Origin: an uncultured Oscillospiraceae bacterium | GTDB taxonomy: Bacteria; Bacillota; Clostridia; Oscillospirales; Oscillospiraceae | Reading direction: 5' to 3' | Length of the DNA: 43,864 bases | Assembly: GCA_904398675.1 (NCBI GenBank) | Contig: CAJFPI010000059.1 | Location: forward strand, 1-43,864 | Shown: positions 34,915 to 43,540 of the stretch, piece after piece | Numbering within the stretch: the first letter of the stretch is position 1 | Layout of the letters: each line of letters starts with the position of its first letter | Notes under the pieces: model-generated | Databases searched by the model: none | The model's input: only the letters and a program-made list of their open reading frames with translations | Told to the model about the DNA's origin: nothing | Position numbers and translations under genes: made by a program

Positions 34915-36564
34915 CTATTTCCGGCGGAGAAGAATCATGGACTCATAGGGCCGCAGGGCGGTCTCCCGTCCTGGCTGGGGGTCGGGGTAGTTGGATAGGC
35001 GCACCGCATAGCCGGTGAGATCTTCCGGGCATTTCCAGGTGCAGCCCTTTCGGTAGAAGTTGCTGATGCAGATCAGCTCCTCGCCGGGGAGGCTGCGCTT
35101 GTAGGCCAGCACCGCGGGGTGGCTTTGATCCAGCGGGGTGAAGTCCCCCCGGGCAATCACGCTGCAGTCCTTCCGCAGGCGCACCAGGGCCTTATAATAG
35201 GAGAAGATGGAGTCCGGGTCTCCCACCTGGGCGGCAGCGTTGATGGTCCTGCAGTTGGGGTTGACGCCGATCCAGGGGGTGCCGCTGGTAAAGCCGGCGT
35301 TTTCGGAGGCGTCCCACTGCATAGGGGTGCGGCTGTTGTCCCGGGAGTGAACCTTTAAAATATTGTAAACGCTCTCCTCGCTCATACCCTTGTCCCGTAA
35401 AATCCGGAAGTGGTTCAGGCTCTCCACATCCCGGTACTGGCTGAGATCGGCGAACCCGGCGTTTGTCATGCCGATCTCCTCCCCCTGGTAGATATAGGGG
35501 GTGCCCCGCAGGCAGTGGATGACCCCGGCCAGCATTTTGGCCGACTGTTTCCAGTATTCCCCCTCGTCGCCGAACCGGGAGACCACCCGGGGCTGGTCGT
35601 GGTTGCACCAGAACACGGCGTTCCAGGCGTTGTGCGCCGCCATGCCGGTCTGCCAGGAGAAGAGGATCTCCTTGAGCCTTTGGAAATCCGCCGGGACCAG
35701 CACCCATTTCTCGTTGCCCATAAAGTCCACTTTCAAATGGTGGAAGGAGAAGACCATGGAGAGCTCGCGGCTGTCGGCCCCGGCGTATTGGAAACAGTTC
35801 TCCATGGAGGTGGAGGACATCTCTCCTACCGTGAGGATCCCCTCCTCCCTGCCGAAGGTGGCCTCGTTCATCTCCCGCAGGTATTGATGGATCCGGGGCC
35901 CGTCAGTGTAGAAACGGCGGCCGTCCCCCTGCTGGTCGTCGGCAAATTCGCCCTTGCTCACCAGGTTGACCACGTCAAACCGGAAACCACGGACGCCCTT
36001 GCCCATCCAGAACCGCAGCACCTCCTGCACCTCCCGGCGGACGTCCGGATTGTCCCAGTTCAGGTCCGCCTGGGTTTTGTCAAAGAGGTGGAGATAGTAT
36101 TCGTCAAATGAGGGGACATATTCCCAGGCGCTGCCGCCGAATTTGCTCTCCCAGTTGGTGGGAGGGCTCCCGTCCGGCTTACCCTTTTTCCAAATATAAT
36201 AGCTCTTATATTTGGGGTCCCCGGCCAGGGCCTTTTGGAACCACTCATGCTCCGTGGAGGTGTGGTTGAAAACCATATCCAGCATCAGGCCGATGCCCCG
36301 TTTTCCCGCCTCCCGGGAGAGCTCCTCAAAGTCGGCCATGGTACCATACCGGGGGTCGATGCTCCGGTAGTCGGCCACATCGTAGCCGTTGTCGTTTTGC
36401 GGGGAGACGAAGAAGGGGGTGAGCCAGATATAGTCCACGCCCAGCTCCTTCAGGTAGTCCAGCTTTGCCGTGACGCCTTTCAGCTCCCCCAGTCCGTCCC
36501 CATTGGTATCCAGGAAGGACTTGGGATAGATCTGATAGACCACGCTTTTGCGAAAATCACTCAT
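34915..36564 (-). CDS. treC: GH13 alpha,alpha-phosphotrehalase (trehalose-6-phosphate hydrolase)
   Basis: 549 aa. The GH13 motifs are VVYQIYPKSF, DYIWLTPFF, DMVFNHTS, GFRFDV and NHDQPR. The function is inferred from the adjacent tre-type PTS permease and TreR. Confidence 0.8.
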   Translation of the reverse strand: MSDFRKSVVYQIYPKSFLDTNGDGLGELKGVTAKLDYLKELGVDYIWLTPFFVSPQNDNGYDVADYRSIDPRYGTMADFEELSREAGKRGIGLMLDMVFNHTSTEHEWFQKALAGDPKYKSYYIWKKGKPDGSPPTNWESKFGGSAWEYVPSFDEYYLHLFDKTQADLNWDNPDVRREVQEVLRFWMGKGVRGFRFDVVNLVSKGEFADDQQGDGRRFYTDGPRIHQYLREMNEATFGREEGILTVGEMSSTSMENCFQYAGADSRELSMVFSFHHLKVDFMGNEKWVLVPADFQRLKEILFSWQTGMAAHNAWNAVFWCNHDQPRVVSRFGDEGEYWKQSAKMLAGVIHCLRGTPYIYQGEEIGMTNAGFADLSQYRDVESLNHFRILRDKGMSEESVYNILKVHSRDNSRTPMQWDASENAGFTSGTPWIGVNPNCRTINAAAQVGDPDSIFSYYKALVRLRKDCSVIARGDFTPLDQSHPAVLAYKRSLPGEELICISNFYRKGCTWKCPEDLTGYAVRLSNYPDPQPGRETALRPYESMILLRRK

Positions 36565-36579
36565 GCAGGAACCCTCTCT

Positions 36580-38538
36580 TCAAAAACGGATGACCACGGT
36601 TTGGCCCGCCTGGGCCTCTATGCCGGTTGCAAAGGCAGGGGTCAGATCCCCGGGATCGGTAACCAGAAAGGCGGTGGTGGTGGGATGGCCCGCCGCCTTG
36701 ATCTTCTCCGGATCAAAGGTGATCAGCCTGTCCCCCAGATGCACCCGGTCCCCCTCCTTTACATGGAGCTGGAACCCGTCGCCGTTCATGGATACCGTGT
36801 CGATGCCAACGTGGATAAGCAGCTCTGCGCCGTTGTCCAGGGAGAGGCCCACTGCATGCCGGCTGTCCTCCATTACGGAGCACACAGTGGCGTCGGCGGG
36901 GGCCACCACCACATTGCCGGTGGGCTCAATGCCCACCCCCTCCCCCAGGACGCCTTGGGAGAACACCTGGTCGGGGATCTCCTCCATGGGGATGACCCTT
37001 CCGGAGAGGGGAGAGGTCACATCTGCCGCAGCAGAGGCGGCGGGCGCCTCCTGGGGCTGCTCCTCAATGGCGGGAATGGCGGCAGGTACGGGCGCATCGG
37101 CGCTTTCCGCCAGACCGCGGTCGGCTCTGGCCAGCTTGCGGCTGCCAATCAGGATGGTGAGAACGAAGGGCACCGCAATGGCCACCAGCATGGCGGCGAG
37201 GAAGTTCACCCAGAACTGGGGCTTGATGGAGAGAATGCCGGGCAGGCCGCCCACGCCGATGGAGTATGCCTCCACACCGGTACCGATGGAGATTACCGCC
37301 GCGCAGGCGGAGCCGATCATGCCGCATACCAGGGGGAACCCATACTTCAGGTTGACGCCGAAGAGGGCCGGCTCGGTGACGCCCAGGTAGCAGGAGATAC
37401 AGGCGGGGATGTTCACCTGCTGAGCCCGCTCATTTTTCTTCTGGAGCACGCTCATGGCCAGCACGGCGGAGCCCTGGGCGATGTTGGACAGGGCGATCAT
37501 GGGCCACAGGTTGGTGCCGTCATACAGATTCACCAGCTGGGAGTCGATAGCGTTGGTCATGTGGTGGAGCCCCGTCATGACGATGGGCGCATACAGAAGG
37601 CCGAAGAGGGCCGCAAACAGCCAGCGCACATGGGAGGTCAGCCCCGCATACACCACCGAGGCGATGGCGTCGCCGATCTGCCAGCCGATGGGGCCGACGA
37701 TGGTGTGGGCGATGACCACAGCCGGCACCAGGGAGCAGAAGGGGACCACGATCATGCTCACGACTTCCGGGCAGATCCGTTTAAAAAACTTTTCCAGATA
37801 TACCAGCACAAAGCCGGCCAGCATGGCGGCGATGACCTGGCCCTGGTAGCCGATCATCTGGACCTGGATAAAGCCAAAGTCCCACACCGGAATATCCGCC
37901 GCCGCTGTGGTGGCCACGGAGAATCCGTTGAGCAGCTGGGGGGACACCAGCGTCAGCCCCAAAACAATGCCCAGGATCTGTGTGGTGCCCATCTTTTTGG
38001 TGATGGACCAGACGATGCCCACCGGCAGCATGTGGAAGACGGCCTCGCCGATGAGCCACAGAAAGCTGTACAGGCCGGCCCAGAACTGGGATACATCCGC
38101 CAGGCTGTGGGTACCGCCGTCCAGGAAGTTGATCTCGCCGATCACGTTGCGGAAGCCAAGGATCAGACCGCCGCAGATCAGGACGGGAATAATGGGGGCG
38201 AAAATCTCCCCCAGGGTGCCCATGAGGCGCTGGAGAGGGGACTGGTTGGTTTTGGCTGCCGCCTTTACCGCGTCCTTGCTGACGCCTTCGATCCCCGCGC
38301 AGGCAGTGAACTCGTTGTAGAAGACGGCCACATCATTGCCGATGATCACCTGAAACTGTCCGGCCTGGGTGAAGGTCCCCTTCACGGCTGGGATGCGATC
38401 AATGGCGCTGGTGTCCGCCCTGCCCGGGTCCACCAGCACGAACCGCATCCGGGTCATGCAGTGGGACACCGCCTGGATATTCTCCCTGCCGCCGATGGCC
38501 TGGAGCAGCGCCTGAACGTCTGCCTGGTATTTTCCCAT
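36580..38538 (-). CDS. treP: PTS trehalose-family transporter, fused EIIB-EIIC-EIIA(Glc)
   Basis: 652 aa. EIIB is IQAVSHCMTRMRF (active Cys). A polytopic EIIC follows. After an Ala/Pro linker, the C-terminal EIIA-Glc region reads HAVGLSLDNGAELLIHVGIDTV. Confidence 0.9.
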   Translation of the reverse strand: MGKYQADVQALLQAIGGRENIQAVSHCMTRMRFVLVDPGRADTSAIDRIPAVKGTFTQAGQFQVIIGNDVAVFYNEFTACAGIEGVSKDAVKAAAKTNQSPLQRLMGTLGEIFAPIIPVLICGGLILGFRNVIGEINFLDGGTHSLADVSQFWAGLYSFLWLIGEAVFHMLPVGIVWSITKKMGTTQILGIVLGLTLVSPQLLNGFSVATTAAADIPVWDFGFIQVQMIGYQGQVIAAMLAGFVLVYLEKFFKRICPEVVSMIVVPFCSLVPAVVIAHTIVGPIGWQIGDAIASVVYAGLTSHVRWLFAALFGLLYAPIVMTGLHHMTNAIDSQLVNLYDGTNLWPMIALSNIAQGSAVLAMSVLQKKNERAQQVNIPACISCYLGVTEPALFGVNLKYGFPLVCGMIGSACAAVISIGTGVEAYSIGVGGLPGILSIKPQFWVNFLAAMLVAIAVPFVLTILIGSRKLARADRGLAESADAPVPAAIPAIEEQPQEAPAASAAADVTSPLSGRVIPMEEIPDQVFSQGVLGEGVGIEPTGNVVVAPADATVCSVMEDSRHAVGLSLDNGAELLIHVGIDTVSMNGDGFQLHVKEGDRVHLGDRLITFDPEKIKAAGHPTTTAFLVTDPGDLTPAFATGIEAQAGQTVVIRF

Positions 38539-38615
38539 ATGGATGAATCCCTCCTAATCGGCCTGCGGCCGTATTTCACATTGCGGCAGCTGGGTGTTTC
38601 CCAGCTGCATTTCCT

Positions 38616-38644
38616 ATAATATTCTACTTGTTTAAACAAGTCAA
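38616..38644 (-). promoter_or_regulatory. treP promoter overlapped by a 16-bp palindromic operator
   Basis: On the minus strand: TTGACT (38644-38639), 17-nt spacer, TATTAT (38621-38616). The perfect palindrome ACTTGTTTAAACAAGT (38626-38641) covers the spacer and the -35. Confidence 0.6.
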
Positions 38645-38704
38645 TTGGACAATTTGATGAAGAAAACTGCCGGTTTTTGGGCAGATTACCAGAAATGAAG
38701 GCGG

Positions 38705-38758
38705 TTGACTTCCCGTGTAACCGGTGGTATATATAATATGGCAAAATTGTTTAAACAA
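38705..38758 (+). promoter_or_regulatory. treR promoter with a second copy of the operator half-sites
   Basis: TTGACT (38705-38710), 17-nt spacer, TATATA (38728-38733, preceded by TGG). TTGTTTAAACAA lies at 38747-38758, just downstream. Confidence 0.55.
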
Positions 38759-38789
38759 GGAGGCGCGTCCTATACCAAGAGAAAAGTTC

Positions 38790-39542
38790 ATGCAGATCTA
38801 TTATGCCCTCAAAGAGCGGATCGAAAGCGGGGCCTATCCGGTGGGACAGCTTTTGCCGTCGGAAAACACGCTGCTGGAGGAGTTTGGATGCTCCCGCAAC
38901 ACCGTGCGCCGTGCCGTTGCCGGCCTGGTGCGGGACGGCTATGTCCAGACCCGCCAGGGCTGGGGCGTCTGCAATATCTATCAGCCCATCGAGGCTTCCG
39001 CCTATACCATGGGTACCATTGAATCCTTTGCCGAGACCACCCGGCGCACCGGGCAGGACAGCGCCACCCAGGTGGCTCTTTTTACTGCCTGCGCCGCCGA
39101 CGATGATCTTGCCCGGCGCACCGGCTTTGCCCCGGGAACGGAGCTTTTCTATCTCCAGCGCATCCATACCATCGACGGCATCCCCCGGATTTTAAACCAC
39201 AGCTACTTCCGCCGGGACTGTATGCCCGGCCTGACAAAAGAGATTGCCGAGGGCTCCATCTACCGCTATCTGGAGCAGGAGCTGCACATGTCCATTGTCA
39301 CCAGCAAGCGCACCATCACAGTGGAGCGGGCCGATGCGCTGGACCGCCGGTTTTTGACGCTGGAGGAGTATAACTGCCTGGCGGTGGTCACCAGCCAGAC
39401 CTATAACAGCGACGGCATTCTGTTTGAGTATACCCAGTCCCGCCACCATCCCAGTATTTTTCGATTCCAGGACAATGCGGTCCGGACGCCTGCGGGCCAT
39501 GCCGATGCCCGGAAGAGAATTGCAAATCACACGGAATTATGA
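38790..39542 (+). CDS. treR: GntR/HutC-family repressor, TreR-like
   Basis: Internal start MQIYYALKERIESGAYPVGQLLPSENTLLEEFGCSRNTVRRAVAGLVRDGYV (GntR wHTH) in track ORF 38724..39542. The C-terminal domain is UTRA-like. The SD is weak. Confidence 0.8.
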   Translation: MQIYYALKERIESGAYPVGQLLPSENTLLEEFGCSRNTVRRAVAGLVRDGYVQTRQGWGVCNIYQPIEASAYTMGTIESFAETTRRTGQDSATQVALFTACAADDDLARRTGFAPGTELFYLQRIHTIDGIPRILNHSYFRRDCMPGLTKEIAEGSIYRYLEQELHMSIVTSKRTITVERADALDRRFLTLEEYNCLAVVTSQTYNSDGILFEYTQSRHHPSIFRFQDNAVRTPAGHADARKRIANHTEL

Positions 39543-39580
39543 TATACTACCCGGGATTGAACGGAACAGGGGAGGAAACC

Positions 39581-40285
39581 ATGGGAAAGCAACGGATCGA
39601 GCTGATGGACGGCCTGCGGGGCCTGGCGGTTCTGCTGATGGTTGTCCACCATTTTCTCTATGACCTGGCGGCCTTCTGCGGCGCGCCCTGGTGGCTGTTT
39701 TCAAACCCGGTGTTCAATGCGCTCCACTACATCTTCGCCGGGCTGTTTGTGGTGCTTTCCGGCGTCAGCTCCAATTTCTCCCGCAGCAATGTGAAACGGG
39801 GGCTGAAGGCCCTTGCCTGCGCGGCGGTGATCACGGCGGTGACGGTGTGGATGGGAATGGACATCTGGTTCGGTATCCTCCACATGCTGGGCACCTGTAT
39901 GGTGTTCTACGGCCTGACCAGAAGGCTGTGGGAGCGGCTGCCGGCGTGGATGATGCCGGTTCTGACCGTGGCGGGTACGGTGCTGACCGCGCCCCTTGTC
40001 AACGGCCGGCTCACGGACAAGACCTGGCTGTGGATGTTTGGGTGGACCTATCCGGGCTTTTATTCCTCGGATTACTTCCCGCTGCTGCCGTGGATCTTTG
40101 TGTTTCTTTTCGGCACATGGGCGGGCCGGTATATCCGGGATGGAAAATTCCCCCGGTGGTTTTACACTGCCCGGATGCCGGGCTTTTCCGCCGTGGGGCG
40201 GCACAGCCTTGTGATCTATGTGCTCCACCAGCCGGTGCTGTATGCGCTGGTGATGGGCGGGCTGTATCTGTTTGGACAGTTATAA
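39581..40285 (+). CDS. DUF1624 (heparan-alpha-glucosaminide N-acetyltransferase-like) membrane protein
   Basis: Internal start MGKQRIELMDGLRGLAVLLMVVHH in track ORF 39539..40285, with GGAGGA SD. The protein is polytopic. The family call is by N-terminal motif only. Confidence 0.7.
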   Translation: MGKQRIELMDGLRGLAVLLMVVHHFLYDLAAFCGAPWWLFSNPVFNALHYIFAGLFVVLSGVSSNFSRSNVKRGLKALACAAVITAVTVWMGMDIWFGILHMLGTCMVFYGLTRRLWERLPAWMMPVLTVAGTVLTAPLVNGRLTDKTWLWMFGWTYPGFYSSDYFPLLPWIFVFLFGTWAGRYIRDGKFPRWFYTARMPGFSAVGRHSLVIYVLHQPVLYALVMGGLYLFGQL

Positions 40286-40315
40286 ACTTCTGCATGGCAT
40301 AAAAAGGAGAAAACC

Positions 40316-40753
40316 ATGGAGCTTCAGGTAAAAAAGCTGCATCCCGCGGCAAAGCTGCCCACCCGGGGCAGCGCACAGGCCGCAGGATATGATTTGTACG
40401 CCTGCCTTGACGGGGGGCGGCGGGAGATCCCGCCCCACAGCACAGTGGCGATCCCCACCGGGCTTTGCATCGCCATTCCCGACGGGTACTTTGCCGCCGT
40501 CTTTGCCCGCAGCGGCCTTGCAGCCAAGGAGGGGCTCAGGCCGGCCAACTGCGTGGGGGTATGCGACAGTGATTACCGCGGGGAGTACCTGGTGATGCTC
40601 CACAACGATACAGACCAGCCCCGATCGGTATCGGATGGCGACCGGGTTGCCCAAATGGTAGTGCTCCCGTATCTGCCGGTCACCTTTACAGAGGTGGCAG
40701 CACTGGACGAGACAGAGCGGGGAGCAGGCGGTTTCGGCAGCACCGGACGCTGA
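40316..40753 (+). CDS. dut: dUTP diphosphatase
   Basis: 145 aa. The trimeric dUTPase motifs are AAGYDLYA, GVCDSDYRGEY and ERGAGGFGSTG. Confidence 0.9.
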   Translation: MELQVKKLHPAAKLPTRGSAQAAGYDLYACLDGGRREIPPHSTVAIPTGLCIAIPDGYFAAVFARSGLAAKEGLRPANCVGVCDSDYRGEYLVMLHNDTDQPRSVSDGDRVAQMVVLPYLPVTFTEVAALDETERGAGGFGSTGR

Positions 40754-40848
40754 AAAAGGAAAAAAGTGTGGAAATCGGGGGAAAACTGTGGTATACTACT
40801 CAGTTGTATTGTGTGATTTCAGTTTGATTTCAGGACGGGAGAACCAAT

Positions 40849-41718
40849 ATGGGAAACAAAAAGCGACGGCGGGGCGACCGGCGGGACGGGATTCTGCTGC
40901 GGGATCTGGATTCTCTGCATTTTATTACCGGCATCATCTATCCCAACCGCTGTGATAACGAGGCCTATATCTCCGAGACCATTGACCTGACCAACATCAA
41001 CGCCTATCTCAAGAAGAAAAATGAGACAGCGGACTTCCACTATACCCTGTTTCAGGTGATCGTGGCGGCCATTGCCAAAACCATTACCCTCCGGCCCAAG
41101 ATGAACCGCTTTGTGGCCAACCGGAATTTCTACCAGCGCAGGGGCATTTCCCTGTCCTTTGTGGTGAAAAAGCAGTTTTCCGACCAGGGGGCGGAGGCGC
41201 TGGCTGTCCTCCATGTGAAGGATGACGACACCATCGAGCGGGTACACGACTATATCGAAGAGCAGGTCACCTTCTGCCGCAGCGACAAGGTGGACAGCAG
41301 CACGGAGAACATGGACATCCTCAACAGCCTCCCCCGCTTTCTCTCCAAGGCGGCTGTGCGGTTCATCTGCTGGCTGGATAAGCACGGCTGGGTCCCCTAC
41401 TCCATGATCGCCACAGACCCCTACTACACCTCCTGCGTGGTGTCCAATCTGGGGTCTATCCGCCTGAAGAGCGGCTACCACCACCTGACCAACTGGGGGA
41501 CCTGCTCTCTGTTCTGTATCATCGGGGAAAAGAAACTCTCCCCCTTCTTCCAGAGCGACGGCACCGTGGAGATGCGGGAGACTGTCCAGCTGGGCCTGAC
41601 CATTGACGAACGCCTGGCAGACGGCTACTACTACTCCAAAACCGTCCGCCTGCTGAAAAAACTGCTGGAGTGCCCGGAGCTGCTGGAGCGCCCCATGATT
41701 GAAGAGGTTGATTACTGA
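40849..41718 (+). CDS. Stand-alone 2-oxoacid-dehydrogenase-E2 / CAT-fold acyltransferase-like protein (no lipoyl domain)
   Basis: 289 aa. The C-terminal third VSNLGS...HHLTNWGTCSLFCIIGE...VQLGLTIDERLADGYY aligns by eye with the E2 catalytic-domain pattern SNLG...PIINPPQSAILG...LSLSYDHRxxDG. It reads DER where DHR is expected. Confidence 0.6.
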   Translation: MGNKKRRRGDRRDGILLRDLDSLHFITGIIYPNRCDNEAYISETIDLTNINAYLKKKNETADFHYTLFQVIVAAIAKTITLRPKMNRFVANRNFYQRRGISLSFVVKKQFSDQGAEALAVLHVKDDDTIERVHDYIEEQVTFCRSDKVDSSTENMDILNSLPRFLSKAAVRFICWLDKHGWVPYSMIATDPYYTSCVVSNLGSIRLKSGYHHLTNWGTCSLFCIIGEKKLSPFFQSDGTVEMRETVQLGLTIDERLADGYYYSKTVRLLKKLLECPELLERPMIEEVDY

Positions 41719-41719
41719 T

Positions 41720-43462
41720 ATGGAAACTGCAAAGGAAACCATCACGGTCAAGACCCCCTGGATCAAGAATCTGGGGGACGTGCCCGCCCATCTGGAGTAT
41801 CCGGAGTGGTCCATGGCGGAGGGTGTGGAGCACATTGCTGAAAAGTACCCAAACCTGACGGCTTATGTATTTATGGGGCGTCAGACCACCTATCGCACCC
41901 TGGTGCAGGAGATCCACCTCTGCGCCCGGGCGCTGAAGGCCACCGGCATCCGCGCCGGAGACCGCATCACCATCGCCATGCCCAACTGCCCCCAGGCGGT
42001 GATCATGTTCTATGCGGTGAACATGGTGGGGGCCATCGCCAACATGATCCACCCCCTGTCCAGTGAGAAGGAGATCGAGTTTTACCTCAAGGAGTCCGGC
42101 TCCATCTCCGCCATCACGCTGGATCAGTTTTATCACAAGTTCGAGGCCATCCGGCAGAACGTGAACCTGGACAACATCATCATCGCCTCCATCAAGGACG
42201 CCCTGAGCCAGCCCATCAAGGCCGGCTATATGCTCACTGAGGGCCGCAAGCTCCAGAAGATCCCCAAGGACGCCCCGATCCTCCGCTGGAACGAATTTCT
42301 CCGCCGGGGCCGTACCTACCACTGGAAGTACCGGGCGGAGGTGAAGGCCCACGACCCGGCGGTGATCCTTTACTCCGGGGGGACCACCGGCGTCACAAAG
42401 GGGATCCTCCTCAGCAACTACAACTTCAACGCCCTGGCCTGCCAGATTATTGCCACCAACCCCTTCTTCCGCCCCGGGGATAAGATGCTGGCGGTCATGC
42501 CGATTTTCCATGGGTTCGGTCTGGGTGTGACCATCCATTCCATGCTGGTGAACGGCGGCAGCTGCATCCTGGTGCCCCGCTTTACTGCGGAGAGCTATGC
42601 AAAGCTGATTCTCAAATACCGCTGCAACCTGATCGCCGGCGTGCCCACCTTATATGAGGCGTTGCTGCGCCTGCCGAAGATGAAGAACGCCGACCTCAGC
42701 TGCCTCAAGGGGGTCTACTCCGGCGGCGACAGCCTCAGCGTGGAGCTGAAAAAGCGGTTTGACAAGTTCCTCTTTGACCACAACGCCGCCATCCAGGTGC
42801 GGGAGGGCTACGGCCTCACCGAGTGCGTCACGGCCTCCTGCCTTACGCCCCTCAATATGGCCAAGGAGGGGAGCATCGGCCTGCCTTTCCCGGATACCTA
42901 TTATAAAATTGTAAAGCCGGGTACCCAGGAGGAGGTGCCCTACGGCGAGGTGGGGGAGATCTGCCTTTCCGGCCCCACGGTGATGATCGGCTATCTGGGC
43001 CACCCGGAGGAGAACGCCCAGACTCTTCAGACCCATCCCGACGGCCTCACCTGGATCCATACCGGGGATCTGGGCACCATGGACGACGACGGTTTTGTCT
43101 ATTTCAAGCAGCGCCTCAAGCGCATGATCGTCACCAGCGGCTACAACGTCTACCCCTCCCAGCTGGAGAATATTTTTGACGCCCACGAGCTGGTGCAGAT
43201 GAGCTGTGTGATCGGCGTGCCGGATCCGTTGAAGATGCAGAAGGTGAAGGCGTTTATCATGCTCAAGCCCGGCGTGGTGGCCAGCGAGGAGACCAAAGAG
43301 ACCTTGATGGCCTACGCCAGAAAGCACATCGCCAAATATGCCCTTCCCTATGACATTGAGTTCCGCGCGGAGCTGCCCAAGACCCTGGTGGGCAAGGTGG
43401 CCTACCGTGTGCTGGAGGAAGAGGAGCTGGCAAAGCACAGCGGGGAGGAGGCCAAGGCCTGA
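41720..43462 (+). CDS. AMP-binding acyl-CoA ligase / adenylate-forming enzyme
   Basis: Internal start METAKETITV in track ORF 41699..43462. The motifs YSGGTTGVTKG, EGYGLTE, TGDLG and PKTLVGKV are present. The start lies 1 nt after the stop of the upstream gene. Confidence 0.85.
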   Translation: METAKETITVKTPWIKNLGDVPAHLEYPEWSMAEGVEHIAEKYPNLTAYVFMGRQTTYRTLVQEIHLCARALKATGIRAGDRITIAMPNCPQAVIMFYAVNMVGAIANMIHPLSSEKEIEFYLKESGSISAITLDQFYHKFEAIRQNVNLDNIIIASIKDALSQPIKAGYMLTEGRKLQKIPKDAPILRWNEFLRRGRTYHWKYRAEVKAHDPAVILYSGGTTGVTKGILLSNYNFNALACQIIATNPFFRPGDKMLAVMPIFHGFGLGVTIHSMLVNGGSCILVPRFTAESYAKLILKYRCNLIAGVPTLYEALLRLPKMKNADLSCLKGVYSGGDSLSVELKKRFDKFLFDHNAAIQVREGYGLTECVTASCLTPLNMAKEGSIGLPFPDTYYKIVKPGTQEEVPYGEVGEICLSGPTVMIGYLGHPEENAQTLQTHPDGLTWIHTGDLGTMDDDGFVYFKQRLKRMIVTSGYNVYPSQLENIFDAHELVQMSCVIGVPDPLKMQKVKAFIMLKPGVVASEETKETLMAYARKHIAKYALPYDIEFRAELPKTLVGKVAYRVLEEEELAKHSGEEAKA

Positions 43463-43496
43463 GGGCCGTCCCTTTTTCAGATTCGTTTCCCGGTAT

Positions 43497-43540
43497 AAAA
43501 GGCGCGGGGCAGCAGATGCTGCTCCGCGCTTTTTGCTTTT
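43497..43540. terminator. Bidirectional rho-independent terminator
   Basis: AAAAGGCGCGGGGCAGCA-gatg-CTGCTCCGCGCTTTTT (one G-T pair). Confidence 0.7.

Noticed and set aside
36235-38619. Very long antisense ORFs in the supplied track. These include 36235..38619 (+, 794 aa), 6051..7316 (-), 7304..8704 (-), 3040..4179 (-), 24612..25820 (+), 25549..26904 (+), 29540..30919 (+), 32782..33915 (+), 33991..34875 (+), 40819..41835 (-), 41519..42538 (-), 42650..43591 (-), 10295..11464 (-), 13810..14892 (-) and 27216..28259 (-).
   Set aside because: Each lies opposite a gene with unmistakable family motifs (treP, mltG, U32, GT4, livH/livJ, glyA, ptsI and others). Their translations are low-complexity and rich in Arg/Pro/Gly/Ala/His, as expected for stop-poor shadow frames in GC-rich DNA. 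None has a Shine-Dalgarno site.
4232-39542. N-terminal extensions of track ORFs 4232, 5074, 12171, 14215, 15920, 18739(-), 21103, 22847(-), 25706(-), 31925, 31987(-), 38724, 39539 and 41699.
   Set aside because: In each case an internal ATG preceded by a GGAGG-like SD coincides with the conserved N-terminus of the family. The upstream part overlaps the preceding gene or is low-complexity.
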